Shown here piece by piece: positions 1 to 8,785 of a DNA stretch of 64,000 bases. Both the position numbers and the translations under genes were made by a program. The notes beneath the pieces were generated by a model that saw only the letters and a list, made by a program, of their open reading frames with translations, was not told the origin of the DNA and made no database searches. Location: NCBI GenBank assembly GCA_031459385.1, contig JAVKIP010000003.1:133192-197191 (forward strand), written 5' to 3'. Position 1 is the stretch's first letter. Each line of letters opens with the position of its first letter. The DNA is from Candidatus Fervidifonticultor secundus. Lineage in GTDB: Bacteria > Sysuimicrobiota > Sysuimicrobiia > Sysuimicrobiales > Humicultoraceae.

Positions 1-66
1 GGCCTCGTGGCAGAGCGCACAGGGGCTGTTGCGGTACGCGCGGACGCGCCGGGAGCGCTGAGACAT
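1..66 (-). CDS. 5' fragment of a small Cys-motif (CxxCH) protein running off the window edge
   Basis: Minus-strand ATG at 66, 20 nt after the stop of the PilX-like gene, reads MSQRSRRVRAYRNSPCALCHEA; truncated by the window. Confidence 0.35.
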   Translation of the reverse strand, partial: MSQRSRRVRAYRNSPCALCHEA

Positions 67-86
67 CCCGCCCGTGTGACCCTGCC

Positions 87-2192
87 TCAAAACCGGGGGT
101 TATCGTACCAGCGGTCGATGATCTGATAGGCTGCTCGCAGGAACCGGGCATCCACGCCGCCCCCGGGGTCGAGGACGTACCCGACGCCCTGGTTGATGTG
201 GATGTACTGGCCCAGCAGCGCCCCGGTGAACTCGCCCGCCTGGTTGATGCTGATGTTGGCCCTCGGGGCGAAAACCACTGCCGACACCCGGTTCTCCTGA
301 TCCCACCAGATGGACGCGACGCCGGTCTCCTCGTACGACGGGTCGCTGGCGCAGCTCAGCACCTGGATGCGGTCCCCCGGCCAGACGAGCAGCGCGCCCG
401 GCTTGGTGTCGTCCACGCCGAACCACGACCGCTGCCCCAGACGGAACGTCCTCCCCACGTGGAAGTACACTTTTCCTCTCCCGGAGATGGCCAGGACCGC
501 GTCCCGCTCGAAGATGACGCTGGTGGCATGGATGTGCAGTTCGGCCGCGGGGTTGTCCGGCGTGCTGATCGTCATCCGCTGCCCGGCCCCCGGATGCACC
601 TCATCGTAGCGGAGTTCCTTCACCAGGCCCTCGGCCTCGCTGTGCACGATGCGCAGCGGCGCATCGTTGTTCGGGTCTGGGCTCGGCGTGCACGGGGGCG
701 GCACGAACGGCGCGCACAGGACCTCCCGCACGTGCTCCCGCACCACGCCGTCGACCTGCGCGGCACAGCCCTGCGAGCAGTTCACGTCGCGCCCTGCGAA
801 GGCGTTGCCGAAGATCGCGCGCGGCTCGGCGTAGATGACCGCCGTATCGGCGACCTTGTCGATATACCCTCGCTCGACGACCGAGGGGTTGGGGTTCAGA
901 TCGTCGAGCTGGTCGTTCCTCGGCGCGATCTCCGCGACGAACCGCCACGGCGCATTCGGCGTGCCGTCTTCCCTGCGCCGGTAGATGCGCCGCTTGAGCA
1001 CGGTGGCGCTCTCGGGAATGCCGGTGAGCTTCGTGTACTGGCCGTTCAGGTCCAGTGGACCGGCGGCGGGGCTCGCGGGGCTGCTCCCCACGGACTCGAT
1101 CTCGGCGGTCGTGGAACCCGGGTAGCGGTACACGTACGTGACCTTGTACGTGTAGCGGCCAGTCAGTCCCGGGGGCCGGACCGGCGGGTCGGCGGGAGCG
1201 GCCGCCGGCGCGCTCGCCGGCGCGGGCGGGCTGGGCGCCGTGGGGATCTGATGGATGAGCTCGCCGTCGACCCGCGTGTCGAGGTAGGTCTGCGTGCTAT
1301 TGTCCGGAATCTCGCCCACGAAGAACCACGGCCCCGTCGCCGCCTGCCCCGCGCGGGTTCTGTAGACTCTCCGCTTGACGATCGCCGCGGCGCCCAGAGG
1401 GATATTCGTCAGGGACCCGCTCTGGTTCGACAGCGCGACCGCGCCCGTCGCCGGGCTGCCGGCAGACTCGGCGCCGGCTGCGGTCACAAAGGTGACCTTC
1501 CAGGAGTAGGTGCCGGTCAGCCCGCGCGGCGCCTCGTCAGGGTCGATGGCGGTGGGCGTAAACCCGGCAGCGCCGGGGGGCGCCGCGAGGTCGTCGTCCC
1601 TCGCCTGGATGGTCCCCGGGTTGCGCCGTGGCCCCGCAACGGAGATGTCCCGATTGCTGGCCACATCGGCGGTGACAGACGTACCCTGGTCGAGCCGGAC
1701 GCCCCGCCGGCCGCAGAACCCGCCGAACGCATCGCCGCCCGGCGGCGAGCGCCGCACCCATACCTCGATCCGACGCCGAGCGCGCCCGACGCTGCTGGTG
1801 GCGATGACGTGCCGCACCTCGTTGTCCTGACAGCCTGTGGCTCCGGGCGCGGCGCCGTCGGTGCACCGCACGGCGACCTGGAACACCCCTGGACCGAATG
1901 CGATGGGTGTTCCCGACCCCGTCCAGCACTCGTCGTTGGAATGGTTCGGGGCGCACACCCAGGGCGGAGTGGTCTGCACGGCCCGGTCGTAGAGCTGCGA
2001 AATCGCGTAGGCGACGCCGGCCTCCGCCACGTTCAGCGTCTGGATCGCGAGACGGTTGGCCACCGCGCCGTGCAGGTCGCTCATGACCACCGAGAACACG
2101 CCGATGCCCATGAGCCCGACGAGGAGCGAGGTCACGAGCACGAGGGGAAGGGCGAAGCCTGGCTCCCTCCGCAGCCGGCGACACGTCACCAT
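87..2192 (-). CDS. Cassette 1 large PilX/GspK/ComZ-like minor pilin (tip protein) with two inserted FN3/Ig-like repeats
   Basis: Class III signal EPG|FALPLVLV lacking E5 (PilX hallmark), NVAEAGVAYAI PilX N-terminal motif, C-terminal IDRWYD strand; ATG with GAGG upstream. Confidence 0.8.
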   Translation of the reverse strand: MVTCRRLRREPGFALPLVLVTSLLVGLMGIGVFSVVMSDLHGAVANRLAIQTLNVAEAGVAYAISQLYDRAVQTTPPWVCAPNHSNDECWTGSGTPIAFGPGVFQVAVRCTDGAAPGATGCQDNEVRHVIATSSVGRARRRIEVWVRRSPPGGDAFGGFCGRRGVRLDQGTSVTADVASNRDISVAGPRRNPGTIQARDDDLAAPPGAAGFTPTAIDPDEAPRGLTGTYSWKVTFVTAAGAESAGSPATGAVALSNQSGSLTNIPLGAAAIVKRRVYRTRAGQAATGPWFFVGEIPDNSTQTYLDTRVDGELIHQIPTAPSPPAPASAPAAAPADPPVRPPGLTGRYTYKVTYVYRYPGSTTAEIESVGSSPASPAAGPLDLNGQYTKLTGIPESATVLKRRIYRRREDGTPNAPWRFVAEIAPRNDQLDDLNPNPSVVERGYIDKVADTAVIYAEPRAIFGNAFAGRDVNCSQGCAAQVDGVVREHVREVLCAPFVPPPCTPSPDPNNDAPLRIVHSEAEGLVKELRYDEVHPGAGQRMTISTPDNPAAELHIHATSVIFERDAVLAISGRGKVYFHVGRTFRLGQRSWFGVDDTKPGALLVWPGDRIQVLSCASDPSYEETGVASIWWDQENRVSAVVFAPRANISINQAGEFTGALLGQYIHINQGVGYVLDPGGGVDARFLRAAYQIIDRWYDNPRF

Positions 2193-2209
2193 CGTGCGCA
2201 CCTCGCCTT

Positions 2210-2848
2210 CTATGGCCCGCGTAGGCTGACGACCGTCTGGTACGTCTGCCGCTCGGGCGGCCGCCCTGCGGCCGATGCCGCCTCCACGGTCATCGTGATC
2301 CTCAGCGAGTGGACCTGCCGGCGATCGGCGGTCACGTTGCCGTCCCGATCGAGGTAGACGAACCCGCCCCCACTCTGCACGATGGGTGGGGTGAGGGCGA
2401 TGCGGCTGGGATCCGGGGCGGTCCGGGTGGTGACCTCGTCGGTGCACGGCTCCACTTCCTCGGGGCGGGTCTCCTGATAGAGCGTCTGGTTCTCCACGTA
2501 GTACACGTAGCGCAGTCGATCGTCGGGAGGTGCGCCGGGTGGGGACCGGTCCTCGAGGATGGCGTGGAAGGCCAGCCGCTGGCCGAATCCGTTGCCGGTG
2601 CCGATGACCAGGAAGCCCTCGGGGCAGGGCCGGTCGGCGTCGTAGTTCACCTGGCGCACCCGGTCGGCCAGCCACGCCATGGCCTGCCGTGCGCGCTCCT
2701 GGTCCGAGACCCGGGCGTGGACGATGAACCGCCCCCTGATGACGGCGCTGAGCAGCAGGTAGAGGCTGCTCACGACCAGCGCGGCGATGGCTAGGCTGGA
2801 GACCAGCTCGATCAGGGTCAGGCCCTCGGCGCGGCGCAGCAGCTTCAC
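2210..2848 (-). CDS. Cassette 1 PilW/GspJ-like minor pilin
   Basis: AEG|LTLIELVSSL prepilin motif; GTG overlaps the upstream stop (GTGA); C-terminal TVVSLRG typical of PilW/J. Confidence 0.8.
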   Translation of the reverse strand: MKLLRRAEGLTLIELVSSLAIAALVVSSLYLLLSAVIRGRFIVHARVSDQERARQAMAWLADRVRQVNYDADRPCPEGFLVIGTGNGFGQRLAFHAILEDRSPPGAPPDDRLRYVYYVENQTLYQETRPEEVEPCTDEVTTRTAPDPSRIALTPPIVQSGGGFVYLDRDGNVTADRRQVHSLRITMTVEAASAAGRPPERQTYQTVVSLRGP

Positions 2849-3369
2849 GGCGGGCACCGTCCGGTGAAGATCTCCGCAACGTACGTCGTGGTGGAGGCGT
2901 CCGGCGGGTACACATCCGGGTCTGGCCGCGGTCCGGGCCCCCAATCGGTCTTGTAGTAGTACACGGTGACGCGCTGCATCGCGGGCCCCGCCGGCTCGAC
3001 CTCCACGTACCCTGCGTCGGGAGCCGTCCCGGCCCGGCCCTCGACCACGGCCGGCAGCGCCGGTTCGCCCCGCAGCGTCGGATGCGGGACCTTCCAGCCC
3101 GGTTCGGGCAGCGGGGAGCACAGACGCCGCAGGAACTCGATCTCCCCCTGCATCCACAGGGTGGCTGCGCTGCGATCCTGGGACTGCTGGCGAGTGATGG
3201 TCAGGCTGCCGACGATCGCGCCCATCATGAGCGGTGTCGCCAGCCCCAGGATCAGCATCGTGACGAGCAACTCGACCAGCGTGAAGCCCCCGCGCCCAGA
3301 CCAGGACGCGAGGGCCCTCGCCGTGGCTGCGGGTGCCCTATCCACAGTCGGACGGTCGCCGCGTGTCAT
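2845..3369 (-). CDS. Cassette 1 PilV/GspI-like minor pilin
   Basis: RGG|FTLVELLVTML motif; AATLWMQGEIEFLR helix shared with the other PilV-like genes. Confidence 0.8.
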   Translation of the reverse strand: MTRGDRPTVDRAPAATARALASWSGRGGFTLVELLVTMLILGLATPLMMGAIVGSLTITRQQSQDRSAATLWMQGEIEFLRRLCSPLPEPGWKVPHPTLRGEPALPAVVEGRAGTAPDAGYVEVEPAGPAMQRVTVYYYKTDWGPGPRPDPDVYPPDASTTTYVAEIFTGRCPP

Positions 3370-3892
3370 CGGTGATCGCTCCGGTCTGCGCCGCCACGCA
3401 GATGTGGTAGGCCTTGCCTGTCAGGCTGCTGCGCACCCTGAGGGTCCCGCCGGCCTGCGGAATGCCCGTGGGGTCCCAGGCGAGCGCGGCCGGCAGGGAC
3501 GACCATTCGACATCGGCGGGGAAGCAGTAGCGCTTGATCACGGCCGCCGCCTGCGCAATCGTGTACGACGGTCGGTCGACGCATGCCGGATCGCTGGCCG
3601 CGAACGTCACATCGACGTCGGCGCGGCGCGTCAGCGCTTCCTGCTGGGCGACGCGCAGATCGGACGCCAGGGTGCGCGCCACGGCCAGCGCGCGCTGGTT
3701 GCTCTGGTAGTTGCGGTACGAGGGCAGGCTGAGCCCGAGGACGACGCCCGCCAGCGCGAGGACGAGCACGGTCTCCAGATACGAGACACCACGCTGACCC
3801 CTGTAGGGAACCGCCGCCCCGCCCATCGGCGCCGACGCCTGCGCTCGGCCCTCGCGCGCCGAGCGCCGCTCAGAATCACGAAGAGAGCGCAT
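3338..3892 (-). CDS. Cassette 1 FimT/GspH-like minor pilin
   Basis: QRG|VSYLETVLVL; LASDLRVAQQEA FimT/H motif; C-terminal VAAQTGAI. Confidence 0.8.
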   Translation of the reverse strand: MRSLRDSERRSAREGRAQASAPMGGAAVPYRGQRGVSYLETVLVLALAGVVLGLSLPSYRNYQSNQRALAVARTLASDLRVAQQEALTRRADVDVTFAASDPACVDRPSYTIAQAAAVIKRYCFPADVEWSSLPAALAWDPTGIPQAGGTLRVRSSLTGKAYHICVAAQTGAITDDTRRPSDCG

Positions 3893-3900
3893 CCGCGCGG

Positions 3901-3990
3901 CCCTCTTCGGTAGCCCGGCCGACCCGCCGACACAGCCGGGTCCCGCAGCTTTGCGCCCCCGGATCGCTCCGGGGTCAGCCCGTTCGGAGG
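3901..3990 (-). ncRNA. c-di-GMP-I (GEMM)-like riboswitch upstream of cassette 1
   Basis: CCUCCG-AACGGGC-UGA-CCCCGGA-GCGA-UCCGGGG-GCGCAAAG, a P3 hairpin, then ACCGAAGAGGG; G20/A47/C92 equivalents present; 3' strand of P1 (GAGGG) lies 8 nt before the ATG. Confidence 0.85.
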
Positions 3991-4100
3991 TGTCGGCTCG
4001 AACCTTCCCTGCAAGCTCCCTGGACCTTCACCGGAGGTGCCCCACCGCCGGCGAAGGGTTGTGAGTGTTCTCCAGGCCGGCGAGAACTCCTCCTGACGAT

Positions 4101-4150
4101 CCCCTGGGCGATTTGCCCCGGGGTGAAGGTCCCCGGGGTGATGTTCCCCT
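4101..4150. repeat. Three 15-bp tandem imperfect repeats CCCC(T/G)GGG(C/T)GA-N4 plus a partial fourth
   Basis: cccctgggcgatttg / ccccggggtgaaggt / ccccggggtgatgtt / cccct. Confidence 0.6.
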
Positions 4151-4157
4151 GCGGGGC

Positions 4158-4754
4158 TCAGTCCGGAACCTTCTCGGGCCCCCTGTTCCGGTAGGCGTTG
4201 ATGAACGCCACGATCCGGCCCTCGTCGTAGGCGTCGAGCGTCAACAGCCGCTCCCAGGCCGCCACGGCAATGGCGCGGTCGTTCTGCGGCCGCGGCGTCA
4301 GGATGACCTTGCTGCGATACCGCCCCACCAGCTCTTCCAGCTTCTCCACCAGCGCGGTGTCCTTCGGATCCCGGTAGGAGATCCAGATGCCGCCGTGTTC
4401 CAGGTTGTGAACGACGATCTCGTCGGGGATCGGCTCGCGATGGACGCCCCAGGGCGCCACCTGGTTCCCGGTGTGCCAGCCAGAGGTGGGCGGGTTGGAG
4501 TTGTATGGCGGGTGCGGTTGGCCCAGCGCGATGTGCTGTCGGCCCTGACCCGGGATGCGGTCGCCCGGGCCGGGGCGCAGCGCCGACCAGACGATGAGCG
4601 CCACCAGCACGACCGCACCCGCCGCCACGCTGCCGTAGACCGTGACCTGCCGCCTGCGCCGGCGCGTCTGCTCCTGCCGCTGGGCCTGGCGCCGGGCCTC
4701 GCGGGCGGCTTCCCGACGCTGGTGCTTGGCTTCTCGCGCGGTGGACCCGGCCAT
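4158..4754 (-). CDS. DUF3105-family membrane-anchored protein
   Basis: N-terminal basic stretch plus TM helix; YNSNPPTSGWH and VHNLEHGGIWISY motifs. Confidence 0.85.
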   Translation of the reverse strand: MAGSTAREAKHQRREAAREARRQAQRQEQTRRRRRQVTVYGSVAAGAVVLVALIVWSALRPGPGDRIPGQGRQHIALGQPHPPYNSNPPTSGWHTGNQVAPWGVHREPIPDEIVVHNLEHGGIWISYRDPKDTALVEKLEELVGRYRSKVILTPRPQNDRAIAVAAWERLLTLDAYDEGRIVAFINAYRNRGPEKVPD

Positions 4755-4991
4755 GAGGACGCTCCCTGAGCCTTCCCCCAGAGCCTGCAGGGGAGTTCTT
4801 CGATCGTGGTGTAATCTTCCCGCCGGCGCGCCTGGCGCACGGCGGTGGACCTGGCACGCTCCCTAGTCTAGCAGTTGCGTCAAGGGCCGGCACTGTCGCC
4901 TGGCGGCCTGGATCGCTTCGGCCACAGGCACTGAGGGACCGACTGGGATGCACCGCCGGTGGGCACTGTTGCTATGGAGCAGGAGTCGCGA

Positions 4992-5085
4992 CGTCCTCCG
5001 ACAATGGCCACCCCGGAGCGATCCGGGGGCGCAAAGTCCCAGGGCCCGCGCGATCCGCGGGCTGGCTGCACTGCCGAAGAGGGCG
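4992..5085 (+). ncRNA. c-di-GMP-I (GEMM)-like riboswitch upstream of cassette 2
   Basis: CGUCCUCCG-ACAAUGGC-CA-CCCCGGA-GCGA-UCCGGGG-GCGCAAAG, P3 GCCCGCG/CGCGGGC, then GCCGAAGAGGGCG; P1 CGUCCUC/GAGGGCG. Confidence 0.85.
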
Positions 5086-5133
5086 ACGTGTGAGTCATGC
5101 CAGGGCACACGCGCTGGCTCGGAGGCGAGGACC

Positions 5134-5676
5134 ATCACGTCCAGGGCGCGAGACGGATTCACCCTGCTGGAAACCCTGATCGTTGTGGCGGTGCTGGGCC
5201 TGCTCCTGGGCTTCTCTGTGCCCCTCTACCGCGGCTCCCTGGCCGACCGCGCCGTCTGGAACGCCGCCTTTCAGGTCCAGAACGACCTCCGGCTGGCGCA
5301 GCAGGTCGCCCTCGCCAGGGCAGGGCGCGGGCCGAGGGTGGAGCTGTGCTTCCTGAGCGCGAACCATGACGCCGGCTACGAGATCTACACGGTGGACTAC
5401 ACCGACCGGTTTGCGCGGACGGGCGCGGTGATCGGCCAGACGGTGAAGGTCGTCAGGGCCGGCGAGGCCTTCCGCACCGGCCTCGACGTGGACGTGGAGG
5501 CAGGGGCAACGCAGGCCTGCCTGGCCGGTGGCGGCAGACCGGCACTGGTCTACCTGAGCACGGGCAGCCCGACGTTTGCCACCGAGCGGCGCATCACCCT
5601 TACCTATCAGGGCCGCTCGCGGTGCGTCACGATCACCCCCACGACGGGCCGCGCCACGGCGGGGCGGTGTCCGTGA
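5134..5676 (+). CDS. Cassette 2 FimT/GspH-like minor pilin (start uncertain: ATC at 5134, or a frameshift from GTG 5090)
   Basis: RDG|FTLLETLIVVAV; VQNDLRLAQQVA; C-terminal ITPTTGRA; no in-frame ATG/GTG/TTG between the riboswitch and the pilin motif. Confidence 0.7.
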   Translation: MTSRARDGFTLLETLIVVAVLGLLLGFSVPLYRGSLADRAVWNAAFQVQNDLRLAQQVALARAGRGPRVELCFLSANHDAGYEIYTVDYTDRFARTGAVIGQTVKVVRAGEAFRTGLDVDVEAGATQACLAGGGRPALVYLSTGSPTFATERRITLTYQGRSRCVTITPTTGRATAGRCP

Positions 5677-6227
5677 GGGCGGTCCGTGGCAGCCGGACCG
5701 GCCCTCCCCGACTGCGCGCCGCCGGCTTTACCACCTTCGAGGTCCTGCTGGCCGCCGTGGTGGTGGCGCTCGTGGTGGCGTTCACGATCCGGGTGGTTGT
5801 CGCGACACTGGGGCTCGTGGGAAGTTCCGAGCGGGACCCGCAGCACGGCGCGCGCGCCCGGTCGCAGGCGACCGAGTGGATCCAGGCAGCGATCGAATAC
5901 AGCCGGGCCGTCGGGTTCGACGCGCTGCGCAGGGCGCCGACGTGCGCTGCGCTGACCGCGCTGTCGCCATGTCACTTCTGGATTCCGCCGGCGGTCGACA
6001 GCGCGGATAGGCCGTTCGACCTGGGGCCGGCGCTGCCTTCTGGCTTCGACTGCGGCCATGTGCAACTGGCGCAGTGGAGCGCCAGCCCGCCGCCCGGCGG
6101 CGATCTCGACAACCTGCTGTCGCTGACCGTGGAGGTCTACCGGTCCCGCACGTCCTGCGACGCCGGCGGGACCGGGCAGGCGTTCATGACCGCTCAGACC
6201 GCCATCGCCAGGCGGCAGGGACCGTAG
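5673..6227 (+). CDS. Cassette 2 PilV/GspI-like minor pilin
   Basis: AAG|FTTFEVLLAA; QATEWIQAAIEY helix; GTGA overlap with the upstream stop. Confidence 0.8.
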   Translation: MRAVRGSRTGPPRLRAAGFTTFEVLLAAVVVALVVAFTIRVVVATLGLVGSSERDPQHGARARSQATEWIQAAIEYSRAVGFDALRRAPTCAALTALSPCHFWIPPAVDSADRPFDLGPALPSGFDCGHVQLAQWSASPPPGGDLDNLLSLTVEVYRSRTSCDAGGTGQAFMTAQTAIARRQGP

Positions 6228-6241
6228 ACGAGGAACCGGGC

Positions 6242-6832
6242 GTGGTCAGGGCGACCGGCCGGGTGCGCGAGCGGGGCATGACCCTGATGGATGTGGTGGT
6301 GGGCCTGGCGCTCATGACCGTCGCGGCCCTGGGGATCTTCGCCGGCTTCAAGGGCGCGCTCACCGGCTGGACCGTGGCCCAGCAGGTCACCGCGGAATCC
6401 CACAACGCGCGCTTCGTGCTCGAGTACGTGGCGCGGCTGCTCCGGATGGCCGGGAACGAGTACGCCGGCGGTCCGCCGCTGGCCGTGACGAACCCAGACG
6501 AGGTCGTCTTCCTGGGCAACGTGGACGACGACCCGCAGGTGGAGTGCTACAGCATCTACCGCGACGGGCAGGGCGTCGTCCGCATCTTCGCGATGGAGCT
6601 GGGGGGCGCGGACCCGCCGCCGGCGGCGTGCACCGGCGCCCGGGCCGCGGGAGCGGGCCAGCCGCTGACGACCCAGGTCGAGGCGCGGAACATCACCGTG
6701 GAAGACCTGCGGCTCTCGTACAGCCCGACGGTGCTGCCGCGACGGGTGACGCTCGAGATCCGCGTGCGCGGGGTCGGCTCACCCGGACCGTTGACGATGT
6801 CCACCCAGGTGTTCTTGCGCGCAGGACAGTAG
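6242..6832 (+). CDS. Cassette 2 PilW/GspJ-like minor pilin
   Basis: ERG|MTLMDVVVG (D at position 5); NARFVLEYVARLLRMAG; C-terminal TQVFLR. Confidence 0.8.
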   Translation: MVRATGRVRERGMTLMDVVVGLALMTVAALGIFAGFKGALTGWTVAQQVTAESHNARFVLEYVARLLRMAGNEYAGGPPLAVTNPDEVVFLGNVDDDPQVECYSIYRDGQGVVRIFAMELGGADPPPAACTGARAAGAGQPLTTQVEARNITVEDLRLSYSPTVLPRRVTLEIRVRGVGSPGPLTMSTQVFLRAGQ

Positions 6833-6843
6833 GGGGCGAGCCC

Positions 6844-8640
6844 ATGGGACGCGAGGCGCACACCCACGGCGCGCACGGGCACGGCCCGCACGCACGCCGC
6901 GGGCGGGGCGAGCGGGGCACCGCGATGCTGATGGCCCTGGTGGTGGTCCTGATCCTGGCCCTGCTGACCATCGCCCTGGCCAACGTCGCCGTCACCGAGT
7001 ACTCCACGGCCGCCGCGCTGGATCGCAGCCTAAAGGCCCTGATCGGCGCCGAAGGGGCGGGCGAGGCCCTCATCGCGTTCCTGCGCACCCAGGCAGACTG
7101 GACAAACCTGGCAACCACCGGTGGCTGGACGAACGGCAGCCTGCCCGCCGCCCTCCGGCAGGGCACGCTGCCGGGCAGCGACGTCAGCTATGAGATTCGC
7201 GTGCGCCACCTGTCCGGCCCGGGTTACGATCCGGCGGTCAACATCCTGGTGCGGGTCGTGGGCGAGGCGCGCGGACAGAGCCGGGCCGTCGAGTTCCTGC
7301 TGCACAGGGTGGGCCCGGCAGACTTCATCTTCTATTCGGTAGACAACGTGGACATCTGCTCGATCGCGGGCGGCGGCAGCCTGCAGTTCCACGGCTCGGC
7401 CTACTTCCAGGCCGATCTGTGTCTCAAGGGGGGCGCCGAGTCGGGCTTCTACAACGACCGCCCGGTGTCCACGGCGCACCGCGACGCCAACGGGAACCAG
7501 CTCTTCCTCAACCATCTGTACGTGCAGGGCAACCTGGACGGCACCGGCAACCCCTCCATCGGGACCGCCTCGCAGCACTACTTCTTCCTGCACGTGGCCG
7601 GGACGCTTACCAACAGCAACAAGTTCTTCTATGACAACTTCGACCGGAACGTGAAAGACCCGTTCTATCCCGCCGTGGTGCAGATCGTCGCGCAGGCCGC
7701 CAGCAACCCGGCCAATGCGGGGCGACAGCAGGGCACACAGATGGAGCTGGCCATCTGCGAGTACAACCCGGCCGGCAACACGTGGGCGAAGGTCTACACC
7801 CCGAACCTGAGCCTGCAGGCCGGCAAGGTCTTCTACCTGCCGCGCCCTACGGTCGAGACCGGCTACTGGCTCGCGGACACGAGCCCCTGCCCGAACTCCG
7901 GGACACTCCCCGACGCGGTCCGCGCCTCGTCGCTCTACGCCCTCTACTGGGACGGACGGTCGAGCCCGGCCAGCGGGACCAGCAACCTGGTGATCCCGGT
8001 GTCCGACCGGCCGATCTACGTGCCGGGGAAAGTGCTGCACGGGCAGAACGTCCGGTTCGAGGGCAAAGGGCAGATCGTGGCAGCCAACCAGCCCGGAGCC
8101 GGCGTCAGGCTCGCCGACGGCACGCGGGTGGCGGTAGCCGCGCAGAGCACGTGTGCCTGGAACCTGGACGACCCCACCGCTGCCAACGCCACCGGCAACG
8201 ACTGCGGGGACAGCAACAATGCGGGCTACTGGGTCAGAGCGAAGGTCTCGCCATGCCGCCAGCCCCCGGGGCCGGGGCCGTTCGCCAACGACAACCCCGC
8301 CTCGACGTTCGTCCGGCGCTATGGCGCCAACGCCGCCGGCGATGTGGTCGTGTTCGTCGTCAACGGGAGTGCCGGGTCGCGGCTGAACGCCAACGCCTGC
8401 GACCAGGAGATGAACCTGATGGCCGTCGTCGGCGACGCGGCCTCGAGCGCAGGCTTCCGGATGGCCTACAAGCTGCAGTGGTACGGCGTGTTGATGACCA
8501 GGCAGATGCGCCTGGGACAGGTGCCCGACTTCTGGCAGATGCCGGATACGTTCGGCGAGCTCCCCGGCTGGATGAAGAACATCCTGCTCGGGCAGAACTC
8601 CGGGGTGGTCCGCGTGGAGCGCTGGCGGGAGCTCTTCTAA
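6844..8640 (+). CDS. Cassette 2 large PilX/GspK/ComZ-like minor pilin
   Basis: ERG|TAMLMALVVV; ALIGAEGAG; C-terminal VRVERWRELF. Confidence 0.8.
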   Translation: MGREAHTHGAHGHGPHARRGRGERGTAMLMALVVVLILALLTIALANVAVTEYSTAAALDRSLKALIGAEGAGEALIAFLRTQADWTNLATTGGWTNGSLPAALRQGTLPGSDVSYEIRVRHLSGPGYDPAVNILVRVVGEARGQSRAVEFLLHRVGPADFIFYSVDNVDICSIAGGGSLQFHGSAYFQADLCLKGGAESGFYNDRPVSTAHRDANGNQLFLNHLYVQGNLDGTGNPSIGTASQHYFFLHVAGTLTNSNKFFYDNFDRNVKDPFYPAVVQIVAQAASNPANAGRQQGTQMELAICEYNPAGNTWAKVYTPNLSLQAGKVFYLPRPTVETGYWLADTSPCPNSGTLPDAVRASSLYALYWDGRSSPASGTSNLVIPVSDRPIYVPGKVLHGQNVRFEGKGQIVAANQPGAGVRLADGTRVAVAAQSTCAWNLDDPTAANATGNDCGDSNNAGYWVRAKVSPCRQPPGPGPFANDNPASTFVRRYGANAAGDVVVFVVNGSAGSRLNANACDQEMNLMAVVGDAASSAGFRMAYKLQWYGVLMTRQMRLGQVPDFWQMPDTFGELPGWMKNILLGQNSGVVRVERWRELF

Positions 8641-8785
8641 CCTTATCACTCGCAGGTAGCAGACGCCCGGGCGCCCGGCCGTGCCCTCCCGTCGTCGCCC
8701 CTCCCGCCCGGCTGGGCGGGTCTAGGACCGCGGTCTCCGGGGCATGACCCTCCCGGGGGGACTCCGGTCAGAGGAGTGGGATCGC

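Noticed and set aside
3949..5036. 27-bp identical inverted repeat (ACCCCGGAGCGATCCGGGGGCGCAAAG) flanking the DUF3105 gene, read as an invertible promoter switch or shufflon
   Set aside because: The identity is fully explained by the conserved P2 core of two divergently oriented riboswitches, and no recombinase is in the window. Rare homologous inversion cannot be excluded.
8641..8785. Fourth riboswitch upstream of cassette 3
   Set aside because: No GNRA-capped P2, GCAAAG or CCGAAGAGG elements are present.
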